This document shows positions 7,904 through 15,194 of a stretch of DNA of 24,000 nt, one piece after another. The first letter of the stretch is position 1; every line of letters begins with the position of its first letter. Where the stretch lies: contig NZ_AP018553.1 in NCBI RefSeq assembly GCF_003967175.1, positions 1,513,982-1,537,981 on the forward strand. Reading direction: 5' to 3'. The notes below the pieces were generated by a model. The model saw only the letters and a list, made by a program, of their open reading frames with translations. It did no database searches and was not told the origin of the DNA. The stretch is from Sulfodiicoccus acidiphilus. Lineage in GTDB: Archaea > Thermoproteota > Thermoprotei_A > Sulfolobales > Sulfolobaceae. The position numbers and the translations under genes are program-made.

Positions 7904-9035
7904 ATGAAGAACGATGAGAGGGAGGAGAGTGAAGTACTACTAGAGAACTACAGAGTCCTACTACAGAAAGCATTGGACTGGTTGTGGGATAGAACTAGGA
8001 TAGAGAGGAAAGAAGTGAAGAATGGTGAGAAAGCCACGAAGGTCAAAGTAACCTTACTAAAGAAGAAGGAAGTGTACAAGGTGTTGAGAGACGAGTTGGA
8101 GGAGATCAACGTACTAGCTTCCCACTACGTTGACGAGGCAATAAACGACGCTTATTCCGTGTTGAGGAGTTGGAGGAGGAGGGCCGAGAAGGGAAAAGCG
8201 TTGAGGAAACCTAGACTGAAGGAGGTTTACGTTAGGGTGAAGTCGACACTTAGGAAGGTTGATGGTGAGAGCGTAAGGATCACCGTGAGACCTTACGAAT
8301 ACGTGAACTTCTCTTGGTCTCGCACTTGGTTTTCAAGAAGAGTTAAGGGACTCGAGTTGGGTGAGCCCATAATTAAGTGAGGATAGGGTGTATCTACCGT
8401 TTCGTCATAAGTTACCTCGGTTTACTCCGATAGATTTCCTGGCAATCGATAGTAACCTCTACACGTTGGACGCTTATGATGGAGAGAAGTTCATTACATT
8501 TTCCTTGAAGGAGTTGTACAGCATGAAGTATGGGATGGAGTTGAAGAGGAGTAAAATACAATCTTTCGCTTCAAAGCACGGTAGGAAGGGGAAGGAGTTG
8601 TTGAGGAAGTACTCTCATCGTGAGAGGAACCGCGTGTTGGATTACCTTCATAAATTCGTGAACAAGTTGCTGGAAATGTACCCTCTCACCCTGTTCGTCG
8701 TCGAGAAGTTGAATAAACAGGGGATGTTTGAGGATGCTAACCGTAAGCTGTCCAAGAAGATTTCAAAGACTGTATGGAGGTCAATTCATCGCGTTCTAAA
8801 ATACAAGGCCCCACTTTACGGTTCCTTCGTTAAGGAGGTGAGCCCGTACCTCACGTCTAAGTCCTGCCCCAGGTGTGGACGGGTTTCCCGAAAGGTCGGC
8901 GGGACTTTCAGGTGTGGGAGGTGTGGGTTCACACTAGATAGGCAGTTGAACGCGTCACTTAACATCTACCTCAAGGTGTGCGGGTTCCCCACGTCCGCGA
9001 AATACCGCGGGTGTGGGTCGGGGTCACCCCGCTAA
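7904..9035 (+). pseudogene. tnpB: TnpB (OrfB, RuvC-like RNA-guided nuclease family) split by a frameshift
   Basis: ORF 7904-8380 ends ...LGEPIIK-TGA. Frame 0 continues directly with EDRVYLPFRHKLP (ORF 8388-9035), consistent with a 1-nt insertion at about 8378. Motifs present: LAIDSN (RuvC-I), VVEKLN (RuvC-II), the zinc finger CPRCG...CGRCG, and LDRQLNASLNI (RuvC-III region with Q where DRDxNAA normally has D). The N-terminus appears short, with no start codon in the open frame upstream of 7904. Confidence 0.8.
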
Positions 9036-9135
9036 GGGGGCGGAGGGTGTGAACGAGTTCCCTCGTGACCCCGGTGAAGCCCAAGGGTTGAGGATCGATA
9101 TTAAATTATGAAATCCTATGAAGCCCAAACCCCAA
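8990..9135 (+). ncRNA. Putative omega-RNA (reRNA) scaffold region overlapping the tnpB 3' end and the IS right end
   Basis: In TnpB systems the guide RNA scaffold is encoded by the 3' end of tnpB plus the right end of the element. Here the stretch is GC-rich and hairpin-prone (GGGGTCACCCC; GTGACCCCGGTGAAGCCCAAGGGTTGAGG). It still reads as a decayed protein tail (VGVTPLRGRR..PRDPGEAQGLRIDIK). Extent and expression are unverified. Confidence 0.3.
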
Positions 9136-9505
9136 CTTACCGTTACAAATCCTAGGTTTGAATGGGGCAAGAATCTCCATATAGGGATAGTACTTCATTT
9201 AAGTGGCGTTCAAGCGCAACTGTAAACCACCGTGTCTCCTACGGCTACAGGGGAGAAAGGTTACTGAGGTACCCTGGCGACGGTTAGTCACACACGTCCC
9301 CTACACCTAATGATCCTCGGTCGTCGACAGTGAAACAGTTCAGCGCTTGGTGCCGGAGCAACTTCAAGGCGGGGTGCTGTACTCCTCGGTCAGGGAGATC
9401 CCTAGGGCCCGGGAGGGACTAAAAGCTCACAAGGCGTAATTCGACCTAGTCGAAACTGTAGGATTCGCACAAGGTGGGAAGACTTTCTAGTATACGAGAC
9501 TCTGT

Positions 9506-10327
9506 TTAGGTTCTGGAAATGAAGTAAGCCGAGACGCTCAAGAGTGAGAAGAATATCATGGAGTAGAGCCAAGCTATCGCTTCCACCTTGTGCACCAACG
9601 CGTCCCCCCTGAAGAATATGAGCAGTGGCGCTGTGGCCGTGAAGAAGGCCATGAGTTTGAGGACCGACGTCTCGAACCTTGTACTTGCAGTGATCCTCAA
9701 CATGAACTTCATGAGGAGGTTGTTCTTCGTCTTAAACATCCCTGGTATCCTGTTACCGTACTTCAGGCCGGCGTCAGACACCACGTAGGTTTGCCTCACT
9801 TTCCCTGTCAGTGTCCTCTTCGTGACCTTCTTAAAGAACTTGTACTTAGTCGAGAACAACTCGAGGTAAGTCCTCACCGTGTTCCTAGAGACCCCAAGTT
9901 CGAGCGCCAACCTGGACACAGGTACTTCACCACCGTTTACGATAGACGCCTTCAGGATCTCGCTGAAGTAGTAGAAGTGCGTGGGGTTGTTCAGATACTC
10001 CTCAGTGTCCTCCACCGTCAACGTAGGAAGTACTGAGGAGCCGAACTTCCTTATCTCCTCTGTGAGCTGTTTTCCAGCTTCCGAGAGGGCGTAGACGTCG
10101 AACTTGACCTTCACCACCAGCCCCTTCTTGATCAGTTTCCTCACTGCGTCTATGGTCGCCTTCTTGTTCTCCCTTATCTCCTTCGCCAACTCCGCGGTGG
10201 TGCACTGGCTCTTCGACATCATGGCCAGGACGATCTTCCATTGCACCTCGGACTTCGACAGGTCGATCTTTTCGTCCACACTCCTCCAGAAGTTCAACAC
10301 CCTGTCGAGTCCGTCGCTGGATTGCAT
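9506..10327 (-). CDS. ArnR-like membrane-anchored HTH transcription regulator (candidate archaellum activator)
   Basis: 273 aa with two HTH/wHTH-like segments (QCTTAELAKEIRENKKATIDAVRKLIKKGLVVKV and VPVSRLALELGVSRNTVRTYLELF). Two C-terminal TM helices are present (LKLMAFFTATAPLLIFF, AIAWLYSMIFFSLLSVSAYFI). ArnR/ArnR1 of Sulfolobus acidocaldarius share this N-terminal HTH plus C-terminal 2-TM architecture and lie close to the archaellum operon. The assignment rests on architecture and context only. Confidence 0.55.
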   Translation of the reverse strand: MQSSDGLDRVLNFWRSVDEKIDLSKSEVQWKIVLAMMSKSQCTTAELAKEIRENKKATIDAVRKLIKKGLVVKVKFDVYALSEAGKQLTEEIRKFGSSVLPTLTVEDTEEYLNNPTHFYYFSEILKASIVNGGEVPVSRLALELGVSRNTVRTYLELFSTKYKFFKKVTKRTLTGKVRQTYVVSDAGLKYGNRIPGMFKTKNNLLMKFMLRITASTRFETSVLKLMAFFTATAPLLIFFRGDALVHKVEAIAWLYSMIFFSLLSVSAYFISRT

Positions 10328-10405
10328 CGATATTTATAGAAGACTTAAACGTATAAGCATAACTTTCGACGGGTGAGTGTTATCTCGTGCCGTTTCATTA
10401 CGGTG

Positions 10406-10780
10406 TTACGTTCTTCCACCTCTGGCCAACATTTCGATAGCAGTGTACTTATCCATGACCAGCACTCTACCGTGAGTCTTGGCGACCGCGTAGTCCCTGT
10501 CTAGCAGAATTTCTCCCTCACCCATCAATGATGGGAAGAAAGCGTACTTCCTCACGCTCTCCACGAACTTCAACCTAGACGGGTCCACTCCCATCTTCAG
10601 GGCCAACCTCTTCAGTGACTCAGCGTCGGTGAGCTCCTCTACTCTCCCCCTGATCACGACCCACAGGACCAGAGCAGCAGCCGCAGGGATCGCGAGGACG
10701 AACCTGCTGTCGAAAAACGAAGCCGTGATCGCCGCGCTGGCGAGGCCGAGCGCAGCTAACTGTTTTAGTAGCTCCATCAA
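10406..10780 (-). CDS. Small membrane protein of unknown function (last gene of the cluster divergent from arlB)
   Basis: 124 aa. The N-terminal hydrophobic segments are LAALGLASAAITASFF and FVLAIPAAAALVLWVVI, followed by a soluble charged domain. It is on the same strand as genes 10858-14088 and 77 nt downstream of them. Confidence 0.6.
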   Translation of the reverse strand: MMELLKQLAALGLASAAITASFFDSRFVLAIPAAAALVLWVVIRGRVEELTDAESLKRLALKMGVDPSRLKFVESVRKYAFFPSLMGEGEILLDRDYAVAKTHGRVLVMDKYTAIEMLARGGRT

Positions 10781-10857
10781 ATCAACCTCTAGAAGTTCCC
10801 CTGAAAAAGATTACTGTAGGCGGACCGTGAGCTCCTCCCAGATCTGGGCGCTTAGTA

Positions 10858-11628
10858 TTACCCCAATCCCCTGCTTCTCCACCCCATTGCCTTGAACAGA
10901 ACACTCAACTCAGTTCCGTTGACCGGAACGTACGTTGCACCCAAAGGCCTCCTCAACAACTCCCTGAGCGGAGCTAGGGCCTCTCGGCCGTCCCATCTCA
11001 AACTCACGATCGAGGCCCCCGTTAGCCACATGTTTGGCCTGACTGCCACCTCTCCTCCTTCTTTTCCCACTACCCTGCCTACTGCGAACTCCCCCTCGGC
11101 TCGCTCGAAGACCACGTAGGTGGACCTACCAGTTACCGAACTCACTACCAGGGCCCTAACATCCATCTCTACCGTCTTACTCCTGTCGTAGCTCACCCCT
11201 AGGTCTGGGTGGACGAACCAGGTGAGGAACCTAGGGTCCCTAGGCGTCCCGTAGATCATGTTTAAGACAATCGGTCGTCCAGGAGGTCCCTCTGGTCCTG
11301 TCTCTATACCCTCGATCCTAACGGACTTCTTGGATTCCCTGAGGGCTCCCGCCAACTCTAGGAGCTCAAGCAGGTAGTCCTCGTGAAGGTGTAGCTCTAC
11401 GCTGTCCTGTTTATGTAAGATCGCGAACAAGGCCCTCACGTCCCGCGTGTCCACCTTCAGCGGAGGGAGAGGCCTCCTCCCGAAGAGCATCGGTGACCTG
11501 ACTCGGGCTAGGAGCTCTGAGGCTGAGACGGCCATGAGCTCGACTCCACTCGTAGGGTTTAAGGGTGTTACAGGAGTTCGACCTGTCGTCGAACTCGCAG
11601 AGGTGAAGGTAGTTCGACCCTCGGCCAA
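10858..11628 (-). CDS. Hypothetical cytosolic protein (256 aa from TTG 11628, or 225 aa from ATG 11535)
   Basis: Long ORF with coding-like composition. The TTG start lies 2 nt after the stop of the upstream gene (11631), suggesting translational coupling. No TM segment and no motif I can recognise. Confidence 0.6.
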   Translation of the reverse strand: MAEGRTTFTSASSTTGRTPVTPLNPTSGVELMAVSASELLARVRSPMLFGRRPLPPLKVDTRDVRALFAILHKQDSVELHLHEDYLLELLELAGALRESKKSVRIEGIETGPEGPPGRPIVLNMIYGTPRDPRFLTWFVHPDLGVSYDRSKTVEMDVRALVVSSVTGRSTYVVFERAEGEFAVGRVVGKEGGEVAVRPNMWLTGASIVSLRWDGREALAPLRELLRRPLGATYVPVNGTELSVLFKAMGWRSRGLG

Positions 11629-11630
11629 GG

Positions 11631-12122
11631 CTATCTCCTCTCCTCAAGCCTCTTGAAGAAGAAGAACCAGCTCCCCGCCAAGGCCACCGTCAGGGCATCC
11701 AGCTCCACGTAGTCCTTAAGTGTGGGCCCCTCGTGGAGGAGTTGTTCAACGGTGGGCACGGGGAGGCCGAACCCGGGCTCCAGGTTCACTGTCGCTCCCT
11801 TGAGCACGGTGTACTGACCTCCCCTACCGTAGGCGAGGACCAGCCCGTTGTAGGAATCTACGTAAAGGACAGTTCCACTCACGTTCTGGACTACCGCTGG
11901 CACCCCATCGAAGATGGTGGGGGTTCCGTTAGGAGTGTCCCAGAGTTGATAGAGGGGGATGGAGGCTTGGAAGGTTAGCATGACGGAGGTGTTTGAGTTT
12001 ACCTGCGTGAGGTTGACTAAAGCGGAGTGCCCAGAGATAGCTACCACCTTCAGCAGTAGGAGGAGAGGAGAACCGTTAACCACGTAGAAGAAGGTCTGGT
12101 TCACCAACTCTTGTGGAATCAC
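11631..12122 (-). CDS. Sequon-rich protein with C-terminal TM anchor, unknown function
   Basis: 163 aa with six N-X-S/T sequons (NQT, NGS, NLT, NTS, NGT, NVS). A signal-like hydrophobic stretch SPLLLLLKVVAISG is present. The C-terminal anchor ALTVALAGSWFFFF is followed by the basic tail KRLEERR. Confidence 0.6.
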   Translation of the reverse strand: MIPQELVNQTFFYVVNGSPLLLLLKVVAISGHSALVNLTQVNSNTSVMLTFQASIPLYQLWDTPNGTPTIFDGVPAVVQNVSGTVLYVDSYNGLVLAYGRGGQYTVLKGATVNLEPGFGLPVPTVEQLLHEGPTLKDYVELDALTVALAGSWFFFFKRLEERR

Positions 12123-12179
12123 AAGGGATCCTCTGCGAGAATAGATATATGGACTGGGAGAGTTCTCGACTGCTCGTCG

Positions 12180-13625
12180 TCATGGAGCGCTAGCCAGGGC
12201 CATGACTAGGGCCCAGCTCACCATGGCTAGGAGAACTGCGTTCCTCAACCCTCTGTTCAGCTCGCTCATCGCCGCCGCCACGGGAACGAATAGGGGTAGG
12301 TCTATTAGGAGGTTCTGGGCAGTGCCCACAAAGAACATCGCCACCACTGACGACACGTACAGGGAGGCCAACAGGCCCGGGACTTTCCTGTTCCCCAAGT
12401 AGACGAAGATGTAGTAGAGGAATGCGTTTGCCGACCCCCAGCTCAGTATGGCGAACTGGAACTCCAGTGACCTGTAGAGGGCCAGGGGGTTCAAAGGTGC
12501 AAGAGGAACAGCGTAGAAACCAGTTCCAATGAGGGCTAGGCCTGCCACGAAGGGAGCAGATGTGGCTAGAACGTAATTCCTGGTTTTGGGGTCAAGCTCC
12601 CCTCTCCACCACTTCCACGCCGCGTAAATCAACGTAGCCCCTTGGAGTTGGGCCCAGGCGTAAACGTGTGATGTTAGGGAGAGATACGACAGACCAGCTG
12701 CGTACTTCCACCTCCCCTTGAGGAGGTTCGCTAAGGCTAGGAACATCACAGAGATCGAGAAGAGGTTGGCCTGTAGACCGGAGTAGAGGAACGTGAGGAG
12801 CATGGGAGACACCGCTGCCAGAAGAGCGGCGGGAAGGGCTAGGTCCCTCTTCCATGACTTGGCAAGGTAGTATGCTGAGAAAGTGTAAAAGAGGGCGAGG
12901 AAAGGGAACTGCGCTATGGAAACTTCGTAGGCACCGAAAACCTTGGAGAAAGGATAAAGGAGCCCTATGTACGCAGGTCTCGAGAGGAGGAACCAACCCA
13001 CGGTTGGGTGAAGGAGGGCTCGATAGTAGTATATCCAGTCCACCGTCTCTGGAGCGACGTAACCCCTTCCCACCTGTTCGAGCATGGGCAAGACGGACAC
13101 ACCGAGAGCAGCAGCCCACGGGGCCCAGGGAGGAAGGTAAAATCCCCTAGCCTTGCCGTCGCTCAATACAGCTGGTACGACCGACAGTACGACGAGAGCC
13201 GGCACCAAGGGGGCGAGCCCCTGTTCGAGTAGGTCGATTGGAACCGCCAAGGCGTTGACCGGATCCCCCCAGATCCTCATCAACGACCACCCGAACCCTG
13301 CCGAGGCGGCGGCCAGGACGGGCCACTTCACCCAGCTACCTACCCTTGTTCTCCAGGAGAGAGCTAGGAGTAGGGCTGAGGACGCGGCAGTAGGGAAGAG
13401 GAAGGACAATCCTGAGAGGGGAACTAGGAGGGCCATCCTCCTATCCAACGCAACTGAGAGAAGTGCCCCGGCGATGCACAGAGCAACAGCCATTATGTAG
13501 TCGTTGAAGATCCCCACGTACGTGACTCTGTTGAAGGTTAGGTCAACTCCAACCGACATCGCTACCGCAGCAGCTTCCAACCCAGCTGGAAAAATCGAGA
13601 GTTGCGCTCTGTTACCTCGCATCAT
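12180..13625 (-). CDS. Polytopic integral membrane protein (about 14-16 TM segments), possibly a GT-C-like glycosyltransferase or polymerase
   Basis: 481 aa, almost entirely hydrophobic helices. The aromatic-rich loop PETVDWIYYYRALLHPTVGW lies mid-protein. It overlaps the upstream gene by 14 nt (13612-13625). The function is inferred loosely from topology only. Confidence 0.7.
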   Translation of the reverse strand: MMRGNRAQLSIFPAGLEAAAVAMSVGVDLTFNRVTYVGIFNDYIMAVALCIAGALLSVALDRRMALLVPLSGLSFLFPTAASSALLLALSWRTRVGSWVKWPVLAAASAGFGWSLMRIWGDPVNALAVPIDLLEQGLAPLVPALVVLSVVPAVLSDGKARGFYLPPWAPWAAALGVSVLPMLEQVGRGYVAPETVDWIYYYRALLHPTVGWFLLSRPAYIGLLYPFSKVFGAYEVSIAQFPFLALFYTFSAYYLAKSWKRDLALPAALLAAVSPMLLTFLYSGLQANLFSISVMFLALANLLKGRWKYAAGLSYLSLTSHVYAWAQLQGATLIYAAWKWWRGELDPKTRNYVLATSAPFVAGLALIGTGFYAVPLAPLNPLALYRSLEFQFAILSWGSANAFLYYIFVYLGNRKVPGLLASLYVSSVVAMFFVGTAQNLLIDLPLFVPVAAAMSELNRGLRNAVLLAMVSWALVMALASAP

Positions 13626-14088
13626 CTCTTATCAACTCCCTACTCACTAGGAATAGCACCGCCGACACAACCACTCCGACCGCCAAGTCCTCTGGGTTCG
13701 AACTGAGCACGGACCTCTCCCCCGCTAGTTGGGATAGGTTTGGGAACGAGTCGTTAGCCAGCCCCGGGTAGTTTGCTGCCACCAACCTCTGAGTCCAGCC
13801 GTCCTGCCTCTGGTATAGAATCACGCCGTTTAGGGACACGGTCAGGTTACCTGAAGTGAGCGCGGAGATGTTTTTCCCTCCTAGCTCGAAATTCCCAGGT
13901 AGGCCTGAGGTCAAGTTTGCGAAAACCTCCTGGGGAGCTATAGAGGCATTTATCGACGTCACTGTGTGGGCTGACGGGTTGACGTTGTAGAGGGTGACTG
14001 TAAGTTGAGACCCCTTCATGGAGAGGAACACGTAAATCACGTAGGTCACGTAACTCCCGTGGGTCACCTGATAATCCAGGAAGAACAC
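13612..14088 (-). CDS. Sequon-rich protein with C-terminal TM anchor, unknown function (first gene of the cluster divergent from arlB)
   Basis: 158 aa from GTG 14088 (alternative start ATG 14019). It has six N-X-S/T sequons (NAS, NLT, NIS, NLT, NDS, NLS). The C-terminal anchor LAVGVVVSAVLFLV is followed by SRELIRDDAR. A TATA-like CCTTAATTG (minus-strand reading of about 14110-14118) lies about 26 nt upstream of the GTG, fitting a leaderless start. Confidence 0.55.
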   Translation of the reverse strand: MFFLDYQVTHGSYVTYVIYVFLSMKGSQLTVTLYNVNPSAHTVTSINASIAPQEVFANLTSGLPGNFELGGKNISALTSGNLTVSLNGVILYQRQDGWTQRLVAANYPGLANDSFPNLSQLAGERSVLSSNPEDLAVGVVVSAVLFLVSRELIRDDAR

Positions 14089-14350
14089 AAATTAATGTCC
14101 AGCCACACACAATTAAGGCACTCTAAGAGATCGTCGGTTCCTCAGCCGGATCTCGACTATAGATCCATGTTTCATCTGCAGTCCATCATCGAATTCGGCC
14201 TACAGATCTGCTCGGACAGTCGAACGACCCACCTGCCCCCTCCGGTGGTAGATCGCATTCTTGGACATCCCTTAAGTGTCAGGCAGGCAACTCATCATTG
14301 CGGTGAAACGAGTGAGCCTCAAGTCCGCAATAAGGGCGTACAACAGGAAG
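14089..14350. promoter_or_regulatory. Divergent control region between the unknown cluster and arlB, with clustered AGATC/GATC motifs and palindromes
   Basis: AGATC or its complement occurs at 14128-14132, 14149-14153, 14161-14165, 14204-14209 (CAGATCTG palindrome 14203-14210) and 14250-14254. The inverted repeat GGATCT-N7-AGATCC spans 14148-14166. There is no strong AT-rich TATA immediately upstream of ATG 14351. Confidence 0.4.
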
Positions 14351-15172
14351 ATGAGGCGGAGGGGTCTAGCAGGCCTCGACACGGCTATCATATTGATAGC
14401 CTTTATTATAACCGCCTCTGTCCTGGCGTACGTCGCTGTGAACATGGGTCTGTTCGTGACCCAGAAGGCCAAGAGCACTATTACTAAAGGGGAGGAGACC
14501 GCCTCTACAGCACTCACCCTCAGTGGATCCGTCCTCTACGCCGTTAACTACCCCACTGACACAAACAGTTACTGGCTATACTTCCCTGTGTCGCCCAGCT
14601 CTGGAGTCTCTAGTGTGGAGCTCTCTCCTGCCACCACTGCCATAAGCTTCACTGCGTCAAGCAGTGGTATAGAACTATCCAACATATACGTGTTCTCGTT
14701 AATGAGCTACGTAAGTAACTACTACGTGACACAGACGGTTTCGAACCAGTCACAGGGAGGGCAGACCTACTACTATTTCACCAGTCCCTATGCTGCATTG
14801 GTGGCCCTCTCTGAGATAATTTCAAACAAGCAAAACACTACTCCTGTCCCGGTTAATATCTCGACCACCAAACCAACTACAACTACTGACGTTAATACGT
14901 TCTCATTCGAATATCAAAGAACCACGTACTACGTTACTGTATACCGTACCTTCGCATTCACCTTCCCTATAGCAGGATTCTCCCTAGCGGGTAGCGACGT
15001 AGCTCCAGCAGGCTCCACCATAGGGGTCATGGTGCTGTTCGGACCACACGCCGGTTCTCAGGTCTTCCAGTACCAAACAGTAACGGTTCAGATAACTCCA
15101 AACATAGGGTCTCCGCTGACAGTGAGCGAGTACATCTACCAGCCCGAAGGTAACGTAACTATAATAGGATAA
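14351..15172 (+). CDS. arlB: Archaellin ArlB (FlaB)
   Basis: From ATG 14351 the protein starts MRRRGLAGLDTAIILIAFIITASVLAYV. This is a class III (type IV pilin-like) signal peptide with the conserved archaellin N-terminal helix. The rest is Ser/Thr-rich with many N-X-S/T sequons. It is the first gene of the arl operon. The ORF-track start at 14276 adds 25 non-conserved residues. Confidence 0.9.
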   Translation: MRRRGLAGLDTAIILIAFIITASVLAYVAVNMGLFVTQKAKSTITKGEETASTALTLSGSVLYAVNYPTDTNSYWLYFPVSPSSGVSSVELSPATTAISFTASSSGIELSNIYVFSLMSYVSNYYVTQTVSNQSQGGQTYYYFTSPYAALVALSEIISNKQNTTPVPVNISTTKPTTTTDVNTFSFEYQRTTYYVTVYRTFAFTFPIAGFSLAGSDVAPAGSTIGVMVLFGPHAGSQVFQYQTVTVQITPNIGSPLTVSEYIYQPEGNVTIIG

Positions 15173-15194
15173 TTTTTTTTAAAATCTTTTTCTT
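15173..15194 (+). terminator. T-rich tract after arlB: a probable partial terminator doubling as a TATA-like promoter for arlX-J
   Basis: TTTTTTTT (15173-15180), AAAATC, then TTTTTCTT (15187-15194) follow the arlB stop directly. The tract centre lies about 27 nt upstream of ATG 15207. Confidence 0.5.

Larger units (their letters stand above)
7240..9135 (+). mobile_element. IS607-family insertion sequence (serine-recombinase tnpA plus tnpB), about 1.9 kb, decayed. Boundaries are approximate.
   Basis: A MerR-HTH/serine recombinase gene is followed by a TnpB gene whose reading frame runs into a structured 3' tail. The AT-rich promoter AAAGTTTATATTATTTC (about 7249-7265) precedes the ATG at 7284. 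The size matches the 1.9-kb ISC19xx-type IS607 elements of Sulfolobales. No terminal inverted repeats were seen, and none are expected for IS607. Confidence 0.6.

Noticed and set aside
7904-9035. A nuclease-dead TnpB derivative (TldR-like) acting as a regulator of the nearby archaellin gene, by analogy with flagellin-associated TldR in bacteria.
   Set aside because: The gene is frameshifted and sits directly behind an IS607 tnpA, as an ordinary transposon passenger would. It is about 5 kb from arlB with six genes between them. I also cannot show any guide match to the arlB promoter.
9588-10376. Plus-strand ORFs 9588-9788, 9590-10036 and 10104-10376, and minus-strand ORF 10002-10241.
   Set aside because: They overlap the ArnR-like gene in antisense or alternative frames, with no motifs and atypical composition.
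12592-13500. ORFs 12592-13119 (-), 12854-13150 (+), 13008-13232 (+) and 13153-13500 (+).
   Set aside because: They are alternative-frame or antisense ORFs within the 481-aa polytopic membrane protein gene. They are Arg/Pro/Ser-rich products typical of off-frame GC-rich sequence.
14005-14517. ORF 14005-14487 (+, 160 aa) spanning the divergent promoter, and ORF 14272-14517 (-).
   Set aside because: They overlap the starts of two well-supported genes and the intergenic control region, and their sequence is not protein-like.
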